A stretch of 64,000 bases of DNA from Thermoanaerobaculia bacterium. GTDB lineage: Bacteria > Acidobacteriota > Thermoanaerobaculia > Multivoradales > UBA5704. This document shows, piece after piece, positions 29,696 to 39,972 of the stretch. Each line of letters opens with the position of its first letter. Position 1 is the first letter of the stretch. The notes under the pieces are model-generated. The model was not told where the DNA came from, ran no database searches, and was given only the letters and a program-made list of their open reading frames with translations. The position numbers and the translations under genes are program-made. Location: positions 6,282 through 70,281 of the forward strand of contig JBGAGQ010000028.1 of the NCBI GenBank assembly GCA_044226625.1. The letters are read 5' to 3'.

Positions 29696-30004
29696 TCAGC
29701 TCTCGCCGCGCAGCTTGCCGATCTTGTGGTCGCGGTTTTCTTCGATCCGTCGCCGCTCGCGCACGTATTCTTCTTCCTCCGCTCGGCGGGCTTCGGCGTC
29801 GAACATCCCCTTCAACCGATCGCGGTGGAGGATCTCCAGCTCGGCCAGTCGGGCGTCGGCCTGGCTGCGGACGTCGGCGATCTTCTCGCGCAAGGCGTCG
29901 GAAAATTCTTCGCCGCGCGGCCGTTCGATCCCCTGCTTTTCGAGTCGTTCGAGAGCCAGCTCGTAGGCGGACTTCATGCCGGCGGCCTTGTCTTTCTCGC
30001 TCAT
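29696..30004 (-). CDS. small charged coiled-coil protein, hypothetical
   Basis: 102 aa from ATG 30004 (MSEKDKAAGMKSAYELALERLEKQ...). Highly charged, GC3-rich. The track ORF's upstream 45 residues look non-coding. Confidence 0.45.
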   Translation of the reverse strand: MSEKDKAAGMKSAYELALERLEKQGIERPRGEEFSDALREKIADVRSQADARLAELEILHRDRLKGMFDAEARRAEEEEYVRERRRIEENRDHKIGKLRGES

Positions 30005-30153
30005 GCGGGGAAGCATAGTCGAAAGATGCGTCAAAATGGCGTAGCCAGCCGCCGGTTTCGGCGGGAAACCCTTTGGATTCAGGGTCTTTCGGGCGGCACC
30101 CGTTTTGCTGCGGAGGGCGCCGGAGCCCGCGGGTTCCATTCGAGGAGGGATCG

Positions 30154-31182
30154 ATGATCGAAGCGCAGAACTTGAACCGACGGTACGGCGATTTCACCGC
30201 CGTGTCGGACGTCTCCTTCGCTGTCGGCGAAGGGGAAATCCTGGGCTTGCTGGGCCCGAACGGCGCCGGCAAGACCACCACGATCCGCATGATCACCGGA
30301 TTCCTCCCCCCGACCGGCGGCAAGGTAACCGTCGGCGGTACGGATCTCTTCGAGGCGCCGGTCCAGGCGCGGCGCCAGATCGGCTACCTGCCGGAGAATG
30401 TCGCGCTCTACGGCGAGATGCGGGTCGGCGAGTACCTCGCGTACCGGGCGCGCCTCGAAGGATTGAACCGGACGGAGGCGAAGCGGGCGTGCCGGTCGGC
30501 TCTCGAGCGCTGCCTGCTCGCCGACGTCGAGAATCAGGTGATCGGCACCCTCTCGAAGGGCTACCGGCAGCGGGTGGGCCTCGCGACCGCGATCCTCCAC
30601 GACCCGGAAGTCCTGGTCCTCGACGAGCCAACCGTCGGCCTCGATCCGAAGCAGATCATCGCGATCCGCGACCTGATCCGCGACCTCGGCCGCGAGCGGA
30701 CGCTGATCCTCTCGACCCACATCCTCTCGGAGGTCGAGCTGCTCTGTAACCGCGTGCTGATCATCGACAAGGGGCGGATCATCGCCGAAGGGACGCCGGA
30801 GAGCCTGCGCCAGAGCGCTCGCGGCGCCTCCGAGATCCGCGTCGCCTTCGCGGGAGCGAACGAAGGCTCGGCGCCCGGCGCGATCGCCGAGGCCCTCGGC
30901 GCCCTTCCGGGCGTGAGCGGTGTCGCGCCCGGCGGAGTAGCCGGAGAGTTCCGCGTGACGGCGGGCGCCGATGCTGACCCGCGGGCGGAGATCTTCCACC
31001 TCGCGGTGGCGAAGGGCTGGACGCTCGTCGAGCTCAGCCAGAGCAAGGCGAGCCTCGAAGACGTGTTCGTCCGCCTGACGACGAATCAACGGGCTTCGGA
31101 GCCCAGCGAGCCCACCGAGCCGGCTGAGCCCGTCGAGGCCGCCGAGGCCGCCGAGGAAAGCGACGAGGAGGTGGCGTCATGA
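30154..31182 (+). CDS. ABC transporter ATP-binding protein (ABC-2/GldA-like)
   Basis: GAGGAGGG RBS then ATG 30154 (MIEAQNLNRRYGDF). Walker A GPNGAGKTT, signature LSKGYRQR, Walker B VLVLDEPTVGLD. Acidic PSEPTEPAEP tail. Confidence 0.9.
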   Translation: MIEAQNLNRRYGDFTAVSDVSFAVGEGEILGLLGPNGAGKTTTIRMITGFLPPTGGKVTVGGTDLFEAPVQARRQIGYLPENVALYGEMRVGEYLAYRARLEGLNRTEAKRACRSALERCLLADVENQVIGTLSKGYRQRVGLATAILHDPEVLVLDEPTVGLDPKQIIAIRDLIRDLGRERTLILSTHILSEVELLCNRVLIIDKGRIIAEGTPESLRQSARGASEIRVAFAGANEGSAPGAIAEALGALPGVSGVAPGGVAGEFRVTAGADADPRAEIFHLAVAKGWTLVELSQSKASLEDVFVRLTTNQRASEPSEPTEPAEPVEAAEAAEESDEEVAS

Positions 31183-31910
31183 GGGCGGTCGTCGCGACCT
31201 ATCTGCGCGAGCTGCGCGCCTACTTCCTCTCGCCGCTCGCCTACGTGGTGGCGTTCTTCTTCCTGGCGATCAACGGCATCCTGTTCGGCTTGATGGTCAC
31301 CCAGCTCGCACAGCCGGGCGCTCCGTCGGGTCCGCCGATGGGGTACTTCTTCGGCTCGACCTGGCTGATCCTGATCGTCCTCGGCACGATCCTGCCGATG
31401 CGCCTGTTTTCCGAGGAGCTCCGCTCGGGCTCGATCGAGGTGCTGATGACCGCGCCGATCACCGAAGGGCAGGTCGTGGCGGGCAAATACCTCGCGGCGC
31501 TCTCGTTCTTCGCCCTGCTCTGGCTTCCGACCCTCGGCTACGCCGGGATCCTCGCCCATTACGGCGAGGTGCAGTGGGGCCCGATCGCCGCGGGGTACCT
31601 GAGCGTCCTGCTGGTGGGTGCTCTGTTCCTCTCCGTCGGTACCTTCGCCTCGACGATGACCAAGAGCCAACTGATCGCGGCGGTCATCACCTTCGCGATC
31701 CTGGTGGTGCTGTTCCTGATCGGACTACTGGAGCAGATCGTGACCGGTGAGCTGCTCAAGAACGCGTTCGGCTACATGGACATCAGCGCGGCGATGGACG
31801 AGCTGGGCAAAGGGGTGGTCGACACCCGGCGCCTGGTCTACTACGTGAGTACCAGCCTGTTTTTCCTGTTCCTCACCAGCCGCGCGCTCGAAGACCGGAA
31901 GTGGAGATAA
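31179..31910 (+). CDS. ABC-2 type transporter permease (GldF-like)
   Basis: 243 aa with six hydrophobic helices. 4-nt overlap with the ATPase stop. Confidence 0.8.
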   Translation: MRAVVATYLRELRAYFLSPLAYVVAFFFLAINGILFGLMVTQLAQPGAPSGPPMGYFFGSTWLILIVLGTILPMRLFSEELRSGSIEVLMTAPITEGQVVAGKYLAALSFFALLWLPTLGYAGILAHYGEVQWGPIAAGYLSVLLVGALFLSVGTFASTMTKSQLIAAVITFAILVVLFLIGLLEQIVTGELLKNAFGYMDISAAMDELGKGVVDTRRLVYYVSTSLFFLFLTSRALEDRKWR

Positions 31911-31915
31911 CCGCC

Positions 31916-33460
31916 ATGTCCTCCGCCCCTCGATCCTCGAACCGCCCCTCGGGCTCCATGAGCCGTCAACTGGCGAAGACCGGTCTCCTCTCGGCGGGGA
32001 TTCTGCTCGTCGCCGCCCTGCTCCTGATCGTCAACTATTTCGGTTGGAAGTACCACAAGCGGTTCGACTGGACCTCGACCGCCCTCTACTCGCTGTCGGA
32101 AAAGAGCGAGAAGGTGCTCAAGAGCATCGACCGTGACGTCGAGGTGGTGGTGCTCCTGTCTCCCCAGAAGCAGCAGGCGCTGTTCGGCCCGACCCGCGAG
32201 CTGCTCGACCGCTATGCCGCGGCCTCCCGGCGGCTCAAGGTCCGCTACGTCGATCCCGAGCGCAATCCGGTCGAGGCGCAGCAGCTCGCCCGCCGCTTCG
32301 GGCTCGAGAACGCGAGCGTCGTCTTCGAGGCGGGCGACACGAAGAAGGTGGTCGACGCGGGCGACCTCGCAGAGTACGACTACTCCTCGATGAGCTTCGG
32401 CGGTCAGCCGACGCTGTCGGCGTTCAAGGGCGAGCAGCTGTTCACCAACGCGCTGATCCAGCTCGGCCAGACCCGCCAGCCGAAGATTCGCTTCACCACC
32501 GGCCATGGCGAGGCGTCGCTCGATGGCGCCGACGAGCGCGGCCTCTCCTCGCTGCGCGAGCTGCTCAAGGGAGACGGCTTCGCCGTCGAGAGCTGGACTT
32601 CGCTCGGCCAGCCCTCGGTTCCCGAGGACACGGATCTGCTGGTGATCGCCGGACCGCAGGCCAATTTCGTCGAGCCGGAGATCGCCGCGATCGGCGCCTA
32701 TCTCGATCGGGGAGGGCGCCTGCTCGCTCTGCTCGATCCCGTCCTTTCGCGGACGGGCACGGGGCTCGTCGCGAGCGGGCTCGAGCCGCTGCTCGCCAAG
32801 CACGGCGTCCGGGTGGACGACGACATCGTCGTCGACCCCTCGAACCCGTTGCCGATGTACGGCGCCGGAACGCTGTTCTCCAACTCCTACGGCAACCATC
32901 CGATCGTCGAGCCGCTGTCGCGCCAGAGCCTGCCGATGCTCGTGAGCCTCGCCCGCTCGGTCCGGCCGATGGACGGACCCGCCGGTTCGAAGGTGACGCA
33001 GCTGCTCGAGACGACCCCGGCGGGATGGGGAGAGACGAATCTCACCGCGCTCGACCGGGTGAACAAGGACGACGCCGACCTCTCCGGGCCGCTGTCTCTC
33101 GCCGTCGCGGTCGGCGGGCCGAGCAAACCGCCGGTCCCGACCGACGACGACGTCCCCGCCCCGTCGCCGGTCCCCGACGACCCGAAGGCGCCTCGTCTGG
33201 TCGTCTTCGGCGACTCGGATCTCGCGACGAACCAGTTCTGGAACGTGAACGTGGGCAACGCGAACGCGATTGCCAACGCGGTCAACTGGCTGGTCGAGCG
33301 GAAAGACCTGATCGCGATTCCGCCGAAGAAGACCGAGCAGACGCACCTGACGCTGACCGGCAGCCAGCTCTGGAACGTCTGGATCCTGATCCTCGGCGTG
33401 CTGCCGGGGTTGGCGATCGCCGCGGCGATCGTGGTCCGGATGCGTCGGCGGAGGCGCTGA
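31916..33460 (+). CDS. GldG-like ABC transporter auxiliary component
   Basis: N- and C-terminal TM anchors flank a large periplasmic region. Its position after the ABC-2 ATPase and permease matches gldA-F-G order. I prefer ATG 31916 to GTG 31901. Confidence 0.7.
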   Translation: MSSAPRSSNRPSGSMSRQLAKTGLLSAGILLVAALLLIVNYFGWKYHKRFDWTSTALYSLSEKSEKVLKSIDRDVEVVVLLSPQKQQALFGPTRELLDRYAAASRRLKVRYVDPERNPVEAQQLARRFGLENASVVFEAGDTKKVVDAGDLAEYDYSSMSFGGQPTLSAFKGEQLFTNALIQLGQTRQPKIRFTTGHGEASLDGADERGLSSLRELLKGDGFAVESWTSLGQPSVPEDTDLLVIAGPQANFVEPEIAAIGAYLDRGGRLLALLDPVLSRTGTGLVASGLEPLLAKHGVRVDDDIVVDPSNPLPMYGAGTLFSNSYGNHPIVEPLSRQSLPMLVSLARSVRPMDGPAGSKVTQLLETTPAGWGETNLTALDRVNKDDADLSGPLSLAVAVGGPSKPPVPTDDDVPAPSPVPDDPKAPRLVVFGDSDLATNQFWNVNVGNANAIANAVNWLVERKDLIAIPPKKTEQTHLTLTGSQLWNVWILILGVLPGLAIAAAIVVRMRRRRR

Positions 33461-33464
33461 ACCG

Positions 33465-34889
33465 ATGAAGCCGCGTTCTCTGCTGATCCTGCTAGTCCTG
33501 GTCGTCGGCCTCGGCTCATTCATCGCGTTCTTCGAGCGCAAGCTCCCGTCGAGCGAAGAACGGGAACGCCGGGCCAAGAAGATCTTCTCCTTCGGACCGA
33601 GGGACGTCCGTTCGCTCGCGATCGAGCGCCAGGGCGCCCCCCTAGCCTTCGAACGGATCGAAAAACCGGAGAAGGCGGCCGAAACGTCGGACGAGAGCGC
33701 TCCGGCCGCCGAGTCGATCACGGCCGCCGATTGGAAATGGCGGATCGTCCATCCGATCGCCGCCAACGCCGACTCTCCGAGCGTAGGACGGCTGGTCGAT
33801 ACGCTCGCCGGTCTGGAGCGGAGCAGCACGATCGACGATGTCGATCCCAAAGCGACCGGGCTCGACCATCCCGAAGCCAAGGTTCGTTTGAAGACGGGTG
33901 AGGGCGTCACCGTCTTGGAGGTCGGCGCCCGCGTGCCGGTCGGCGGGGAGCGCATCGTCCGGATCGAAGGGGAGAAGGAGGCGTATTCCGTCCCCGACGC
34001 GTTCTGGAACGAGCTCATTCGCGAGCCCGGCTCCTGGCGCGACAAGCAGATCTACTCCGGCGACCGGGAGGCGATCCAGCGGATTTCGATCCGCCCAGGG
34101 AGCTCCAATGCCCCGGCTGGAGAGGTGGTCCTCGCCCGCCATCCGGACGGGTTCTGGATCGAGCGGCCGATCGCCGATCGGGCGGACCGGGATCTGGTGG
34201 AAGCCCTGCTCTCCGACGTCACCGGCCTGACGGCCGACCGCTTCGTCGAGACACCCGCCTCGCCGGCCGAGATGGGCCTCGAGCCGCCACGGGGGACCAT
34301 CGAGGTGGTCGCCAAACCGGGCGAGCCGAGCAAGCCGTTCCAGCTCGACCTCGGCGGCAGCGTCGGCGCGGCGGCGGACGGCGAGGCTCCGTCGACTTAC
34401 GCACGAGCGGGGGGGCAGCTGTTCACCACGAAGTCGCGGGTGGGCGAGGCGCTCATGCGCGGCGCCGAGGAGTGGCGCTCGCACGCCGTCACCGGGATGG
34501 AGGTCTATCAGATCGATTCGCTTCAGGTGGAAGACCCGGCGGGCTCGTTCGTGGTCAAGCGCGCGGGCTCCGACTGGCAGCGGGGGAAGGACACGATCTC
34601 GTATACCCCGGTGTCGGATCTGCTGTACGCGCTCTCCGAGCTCAAGGCCGAGAAGCTCGACGCCTCGGCGGTACCTGGCGGCAAGCCCACCCTCGCGGCG
34701 ACGCTGGTGAGCTCGGACGGACGGAAGGAGACGGTTCGTTTCTACGCGACCCCGGCGGGCGCGGTCGCCCGGACCGACGGGCGCGAGACGACGCTCGAGC
34801 TGGCCGCGGGCAAGCTCGCGGAGATCCAGGCGAAAGTGGCCGACGTTCGCAAGGAGAAACCGGTCGCAAAGACCGCGGCGAAGCCATAA
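33465..34889 (+). CDS. DUF4340 domain protein
   Basis: N-terminal anchor MKPRSLLILLVLVVGLGSFIAFF. The size and the position after a GldG-like gene are typical of DUF4340 partners. Confidence 0.65.
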   Translation: MKPRSLLILLVLVVGLGSFIAFFERKLPSSEERERRAKKIFSFGPRDVRSLAIERQGAPLAFERIEKPEKAAETSDESAPAAESITAADWKWRIVHPIAANADSPSVGRLVDTLAGLERSSTIDDVDPKATGLDHPEAKVRLKTGEGVTVLEVGARVPVGGERIVRIEGEKEAYSVPDAFWNELIREPGSWRDKQIYSGDREAIQRISIRPGSSNAPAGEVVLARHPDGFWIERPIADRADRDLVEALLSDVTGLTADRFVETPASPAEMGLEPPRGTIEVVAKPGEPSKPFQLDLGGSVGAAADGEAPSTYARAGGQLFTTKSRVGEALMRGAEEWRSHAVTGMEVYQIDSLQVEDPAGSFVVKRAGSDWQRGKDTISYTPVSDLLYALSELKAEKLDASAVPGGKPTLAATLVSSDGRKETVRFYATPAGAVARTDGRETTLELAAGKLAEIQAKVADVRKEKPVAKTAAKP

Positions 34890-34910
34890 CGTTCCAGCTC
34901 CGGTGAATTG

Positions 34911-34950
34911 AAAAGGGGGGGTGGGCTCGACCGAGCCCACCCCCCTTTTG
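34911..34950. terminator. bidirectional rho-independent terminator
   Basis: AAAA-GGGGGGGTGGGCTCG-ACC-GAGCCCACCCCCC-TTTTG, located between the convergent DUF4340 and permease genes. Confidence 0.8.
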
Positions 34951-34976
34951 TTCGTTCGGCGGGTTAAACCTGCCGA

Positions 34977-36479
34977 CTATCGGCCTTCCGTGCCGTGCTT
35001 CTCGATGTACCCCTTCATGACGCTGTGCTTCTGGCCGTAGAGGAAGTAGATCAGCAGGCCGATTCCGAGCCAGACCAGGAGGCGCCACCAGTTGCCGTAC
35101 GGCAGCGAGAACATCAGCAGCAGGCACATTACGATGCCGAGGATGGGCACCACCGGCACCATCGGGCAGCGGAACGGCCGCTCAGCGTTCGGATAGCGCT
35201 TCCTCATGATGAGCACCGCGGCGCAGACCACGACGAACGCGAACAGCGTTCCGATGTTGGTCAGACGGAGCAGGAAGTCGATCGGCAAGAAGCCTGCGCC
35301 GAACATCACGGACACGCCGATGAGGATGGTCGAGAGCCAGGGCGTCTGGAACTTCGGGTGGACGTTGCCGAAGAATTTCTTGGAAACCAAGCCGTCGCGC
35401 GCCATGGCGAGGAAGACGCGCGGCGCCGAGAGCATCATGACCAGGAGCACCGAGGTGATGCCGGCCACGCCCGCCGCGGCGATGATCCATTTCGCCCATT
35501 GGATGCCGCGCTGCGCGAACGCCTGCGAGACCGGGGCGTTCACGTCGAGCTCCTTGTAGTTCACCATGCCGGTGAGCACGGCGACCACGGCGATGTAGAG
35601 GATCGTGCAGAGGATGAGCGAGACGATGATGCCGATCGGCACGTCGCGCTGCGGGTTCTTCGCCTCTTCCGTATGGGTCGACACTGAGTCGAACCCGATG
35701 TAGGCAAAGAAGATGATCGCCGCTCCGGCGAGCATGCCGAGCGGGTTGCCCTGCGGGTCCGTCTGCCCGGAAAGATGAGTGCCGAAGAAGTTCACGCCGG
35801 TCCAGCCAAACGGCGCGAACGGATGCCAGTTCGCCGAGTTGATGTAGAAGACGCCGACGCCGATCACGAACAGCACCGCGGCGAGTTTGATGCCGACCAT
35901 CGCCGCGTTGAAGCTCGCGCTCTCCTGGATGCCCTTGACCAGGATGATCGTCACGATCGCGACGATGATCACCGCGGGAAGGTTGATGAACGAGCCGGTC
36001 GAGACGAACAGCCCGGTGGTCCCGTCGTAGCGCCAGGGCGACTCACGGAACGCCAGAGGCAGGGCGTCGGCCCCGAGTAAGCTTTGTAAGTATCCTGACC
36101 AGCCTGTCGCGACCGTCGCGCTGCCCACCGCATACTCGAGCACCAGGTCCCAGCCGATGATCCAGGCGAACAGCTCGCCGAGCGTCGCGTAGGCGTAGGT
36201 GTAGGCGGATCCCGCGACGGGTACCATCGAGGCGAACTCCGCGTAGCACAGGGCGGCGAAGATGCAGGTCACGCCGGCCACCACGTAGGAGATCATCAAC
36301 GCCGGACCGGCCACGTTGTGCGCCGCGGCGCCGGTCGCCACGAAGATGCCGGCGCCGATGATCGCGCCGACGCCCAGGGCGGAGAGCTGGACCGGTCCGA
36401 GAACGCGGCGAAGCCGGTTGTCGCTCTTCAGTTCTTCGAGCAGCAAGCTGAGCGGCTTGCGCGCGAACAGTTGGCTCAT
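34977..36479 (-). CDS. APC-superfamily amino acid permease (cationic amino acid transporter-like)
   Basis: 500 aa, about 12-14 TM helices. N-terminal LGPVQLSALGVGAIIGAGIFV signature. Confidence 0.9.
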   Translation of the reverse strand: MSQLFARKPLSLLLEELKSDNRLRRVLGPVQLSALGVGAIIGAGIFVATGAAAHNVAGPALMISYVVAGVTCIFAALCYAEFASMVPVAGSAYTYAYATLGELFAWIIGWDLVLEYAVGSATVATGWSGYLQSLLGADALPLAFRESPWRYDGTTGLFVSTGSFINLPAVIIVAIVTIILVKGIQESASFNAAMVGIKLAAVLFVIGVGVFYINSANWHPFAPFGWTGVNFFGTHLSGQTDPQGNPLGMLAGAAIIFFAYIGFDSVSTHTEEAKNPQRDVPIGIIVSLILCTILYIAVVAVLTGMVNYKELDVNAPVSQAFAQRGIQWAKWIIAAAGVAGITSVLLVMMLSAPRVFLAMARDGLVSKKFFGNVHPKFQTPWLSTILIGVSVMFGAGFLPIDFLLRLTNIGTLFAFVVVCAAVLIMRKRYPNAERPFRCPMVPVVPILGIVMCLLLMFSLPYGNWWRLLVWLGIGLLIYFLYGQKHSVMKGYIEKHGTEGR

Positions 36480-36552
36480 CGAGGGTCCTCCGGAAGGTGG
36501 TTCGTCATCGATTCCTCCGCAAACGGGGGCGAGGCTTGAAATTCGGCAGAGC

Positions 36553-38097
36553 TTACCCCTTCGGGGCAGGCTCCAGCTCGGTTTTGGGATCGCGCCGGGT
36601 CAGGAAATACACGGGGATGCCGATCAGCACCAGGATCAGCCCGGGGAGGGCCGTCTTGGTCCGGTAGAAGAGGAGGACGAGGGCGATGGTCGACGCCGCG
36701 ATCATGTAGAGCGCGGGGACCAGCGGATAGCCGAAGGCGAGGTAAGGACGCTCGGCCGCCGGCTGAGTCCTTCGGAGCCGGAAGATCCCGGCGATCGTGA
36801 CGACGTAGAAGATCAGCACCGCGAACACCACCCAGTCGAGCAGCACGCTGTAGACGTTGCCGTATTCCGCCACCCCCGCGGCGCTCACCGAGCGGGTGCG
36901 CGGCAGGACCAGGAGCGAAGCCCACACGCATTGGAGGGCGAGGCCGACCGCGGGCACCCGACGCTCGTTGAGCCGACCGGTCGAGCGGAAGAAGACGCCG
37001 TCCTTCGCCATCGCGTAGTAGACCCGGGCGCCCGCCAGGATCAGCCCGTTGTTGCAGCCGAACGTCGAGACGACGATCGCGATCGCCATCACCGCCGCGC
37101 CGCCGCCGCCGAAGATCGCCGAGAGAGCCGCCGTCGCCACCCGGTCGTCCGGCGCGGTCCGGATCTCCTGAAGCGTCAGGACCGAGAGGTAAGCGACGTT
37201 GGCGAGCACGTAGAGCAGGGTGACGAGGCCGGTGCCGAGCGCGAGCGAGAGCGCCAGGTTCTTCTTCGGGTTCTTGACCTCGCCCGCCGTGAACGTGATG
37301 TTGTTCCAGGCGTCGGAGGAGAAGAGCGAGCCGACCTGGGCGACGCCGAACGCGACGATCAGCCCGAACCAGCCGGCCGAGGCGACCGTCGGCGGGACGA
37401 ACGAGAAATCGGGGGTGATCGTCGCGGGATCGACCGGCGTCCAGGCGTTCGCGAAGTTCGCCGCGAGGTTATGGCCGAAGATCAGCCCGACGCCGATCAA
37501 GACCGCGAGCGCGAACGTCTTGGCGCTGGTAAAGACGTTCTGGATCAGCTTGCCCAACCGGATGCCGCGGGTGTTGATCCACGACAGGACGACGATCATC
37601 ACGATGCCGACCAGCTGCTGGGTCGAGAGCGAGATCGCGTAGCTGCCGGAGAGATCGATCGGCGCCACCACCCAATTCGTCGGCGAGATCCATGGCACCA
37701 GCACCCCGAGATAGCGGGCGAAACCGACCGCCACCGCCGCGATGGTGCCGGTCTGGATGACCAGGAACAGCGTCCAGCCGTAGAGGAATCCCCAGAGCGG
37801 CGACCACGCCTCCCGCAGGTAGACGTACTGCCCGCCCGCCCTCGGCATCATCGCGGCCAGCTCGCCATAGGAAAGCGCGGCGCCGAGCGTGAGCAGCCCG
37901 GTGATCAGCCAGGTGAGCAGCAACCCGCCCGAGGAGCCGACCTGGCGCGAGATGTCGGCCGAGACGATGAAGATGCCCGAGCCGATCATCGACCCGGCGA
38001 CGATCATCGTCGAATCGAGCAGGCCGAGCTCCCGGACGAAGCCGGATTTCGAGTCCTGCGAGGCATCGAGCGGGGCGGGGGTCGCGGATCCGGCCAT
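36553..38097 (-). CDS. APC-superfamily amino acid permease
   Basis: 514 aa, about 12 TM helices. LGLLDSTMIVAGSMIGSGIFIV signature. Confidence 0.9.
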   Translation of the reverse strand: MAGSATPAPLDASQDSKSGFVRELGLLDSTMIVAGSMIGSGIFIVSADISRQVGSSGGLLLTWLITGLLTLGAALSYGELAAMMPRAGGQYVYLREAWSPLWGFLYGWTLFLVIQTGTIAAVAVGFARYLGVLVPWISPTNWVVAPIDLSGSYAISLSTQQLVGIVMIVVLSWINTRGIRLGKLIQNVFTSAKTFALAVLIGVGLIFGHNLAANFANAWTPVDPATITPDFSFVPPTVASAGWFGLIVAFGVAQVGSLFSSDAWNNITFTAGEVKNPKKNLALSLALGTGLVTLLYVLANVAYLSVLTLQEIRTAPDDRVATAALSAIFGGGGAAVMAIAIVVSTFGCNNGLILAGARVYYAMAKDGVFFRSTGRLNERRVPAVGLALQCVWASLLVLPRTRSVSAAGVAEYGNVYSVLLDWVVFAVLIFYVVTIAGIFRLRRTQPAAERPYLAFGYPLVPALYMIAASTIALVLLFYRTKTALPGLILVLIGIPVYFLTRRDPKTELEPAPKG

Positions 38098-38119
38098 AGG
38101 GTCCTTCTCCTTGCCAGAG

Positions 38120-38178
38120 AGACGCCCGGGATCGGCGCGTCGATTCCATGAAGACGCCCGGTACGCGGGTGTCGATTC
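38120..38178. repeat. two imperfect direct repeats AGACGCCCGG-N9-GTCGATTC, 32 nt apart, in the leader of the second permease gene
   Basis: Unit A is 38120-38146 and unit B is 38152-38178. The heptamer TCGATTC also occurs at 36508-36514, upstream of the first permease gene. Confidence 0.5.
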
Positions 38179-38193
38179 GGTGACGGAACGAGC

Positions 38194-39972
38194 TTAGGGG
38201 GCGGATGCTATCTCGCGAAGCGCCGAAAGGGGACGGGGCGGGCTGATCCAATGCCCCTGGCCGAAGTCGACGCCGAGGGCGCGCAATTGATTCACCGCGG
38301 CGAGGCTGCCGACCGATTCGGCGATCGTCTCGAGCCCCATCACATGCCCGACCTGGTTGATCGATTCCACCATCGCCCGGTCGAGCGGGTCGGTGACGAT
38401 GTCCTGGATGAACTTGCCGTCGATCTTGAGGAACGAGACCGGCAGCTCCTTCAAATAGGCGTAGGAGGCCATGCCGTTGCCGAAATCGTCGAGCGCGAAT
38501 CGGACCCCGCGGCTGCCGAGTCGGCCGAGCAGGCGGACCGCCTGCTGCAAGTTCTCGATCGCGGCCGTCTCGGTGATCTCGAAACAGAGCTTGCGAGGCG
38601 GAAACCCGGTCGCGGCGAGCCGGTCCTCGACGAAATCGAGGAAGGTCTCGTCGCCGAGCGAGACCGCCGAGAGATTGATCGCGCAGAGCGAGAGGCCGTC
38701 GAGCCAGGCGGGAGCCTCGGCCGCGAACGTCTCGAGCGAACGGCCGATCACCCAACGATCGATCGAGCGCATCAGGCCATATCGTTCGGCGGCGCGGATG
38801 AAGTCGGATGGCAGGTGGATCTGCCCCCCCTCCGAGATCATCCGTAGGAGCACCTCGAAGCGGAGCCCCTCCCCTTCGCGTCGGCCGAGCGGACGGATCT
38901 CCTGGGCGAACAGGCGGAAACGGTCACGCTCCAGCGTCTCCTGGATGCGCAGGACCCAGTTCATGTCGGCGTCGCGGCGCACGAACTCCGCCGTGTCAGG
39001 ACGGTAGACCTGAATCCGGTTCCTCCCTTTCTCCTTCGCCACGTAGCAGGCGTGATCGGCGGCCGACATGAGGTGCGCGACCGAGGCGAAGTCCTCGGTC
39101 ACCGGCACCAGACCGATCGAGACGCCGACCGAGAACGTTTTGTCCTGCCAGGCGAAACGGTATCCCTGGAGCTCGCGGTGGAACTTCGCGAGGTACCGCT
39201 CGGCGGTCTCGAGCGGCGAGTAGAGCGACAGCCAGGCGAACTCGTCCCCCCCGAGTCGCGCGACGACGTCGGAAGAGCGCATGGCGGCCTGGAGCATCTC
39301 GGTGATGCGATGGAGCAGCTCGTCGCCCGCCAGATGGCCGCAGGTGTCGTTGACCAGCTTGAACTGGTCGAGGTCCATGTAGGCGAGCGCGTGGGGGACC
39401 CCGGTTCGCCGCGTCTCCTCGAGCGCCCGTTGCAGATGCCCGTCGAACGCCGCCCGATTGAACAGGCCGGTGAGACCGTCGTGTGTCGCCTGGTGGGCGA
39501 GCTGGAGCGCGAGTAGCCGCTTCTCGGTGACGTCCTGGAACACCAGCACGGCGCCGACCTGCGCGCCCTGGCGGTCGCGGATCGGCGAGCAGGTGCACTC
39601 GACCGCGTGGCGCCGGCCGTCGCGCCGCTGGAGCGCGATCCGGTCGGTCAAGCGGAGGCTCTGACCGGTGGCGAGGCAGCGCTCGATCGGATGCTCGATC
39701 TCCCGGCCGTTGCTCTCGTCGATCAGGCGGAGCACCTCGGCCGCGGGGAGGCCCGCCGCGTCGCGCGCCGACCAGCCGGCGAGCTCCTCGGCGACCGGGT
39801 TCAACAGCTCCACCCGGCCGCGCGCGTCGGTCGAGAGGACCCCGTCGCCGATCGAGGCGAGGGTCACCTGGGCGAGCTCCTTCTCCGCCGCGATCGCCCC
39901 GAGCTGATCGTCGTAGGCGCGCGTCGTCTGCACCAGCAGATTGCGCAGGATCTCCCCTTCGAACCGGTTCAT
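38194..39972 (-). CDS. PAS-GGDEF-EAL signalling protein (c-di-GMP turnover)
   Basis: Start MNRFEGEIL at ATG 39972, in an ATGA overlap with the FIST gene stop. PAS (SIGDGVLSTDARGRVELLNPVAEELAGW), RLGGDEFAW, EAL-domain blocks RFEVLLRM, FEITETA, ALDDFGNG. Confidence 0.9.
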   Translation of the reverse strand: MNRFEGEILRNLLVQTTRAYDDQLGAIAAEKELAQVTLASIGDGVLSTDARGRVELLNPVAEELAGWSARDAAGLPAAEVLRLIDESNGREIEHPIERCLATGQSLRLTDRIALQRRDGRRHAVECTCSPIRDRQGAQVGAVLVFQDVTEKRLLALQLAHQATHDGLTGLFNRAAFDGHLQRALEETRRTGVPHALAYMDLDQFKLVNDTCGHLAGDELLHRITEMLQAAMRSSDVVARLGGDEFAWLSLYSPLETAERYLAKFHRELQGYRFAWQDKTFSVGVSIGLVPVTEDFASVAHLMSAADHACYVAKEKGRNRIQVYRPDTAEFVRRDADMNWVLRIQETLERDRFRLFAQEIRPLGRREGEGLRFEVLLRMISEGGQIHLPSDFIRAAERYGLMRSIDRWVIGRSLETFAAEAPAWLDGLSLCAINLSAVSLGDETFLDFVEDRLAATGFPPRKLCFEITETAAIENLQQAVRLLGRLGSRGVRFALDDFGNGMASYAYLKELPVSFLKIDGKFIQDIVTDPLDRAMVESINQVGHVMGLETIAESVGSLAAVNQLRALGVDFGQGHWISPPRPLSALREIASAP

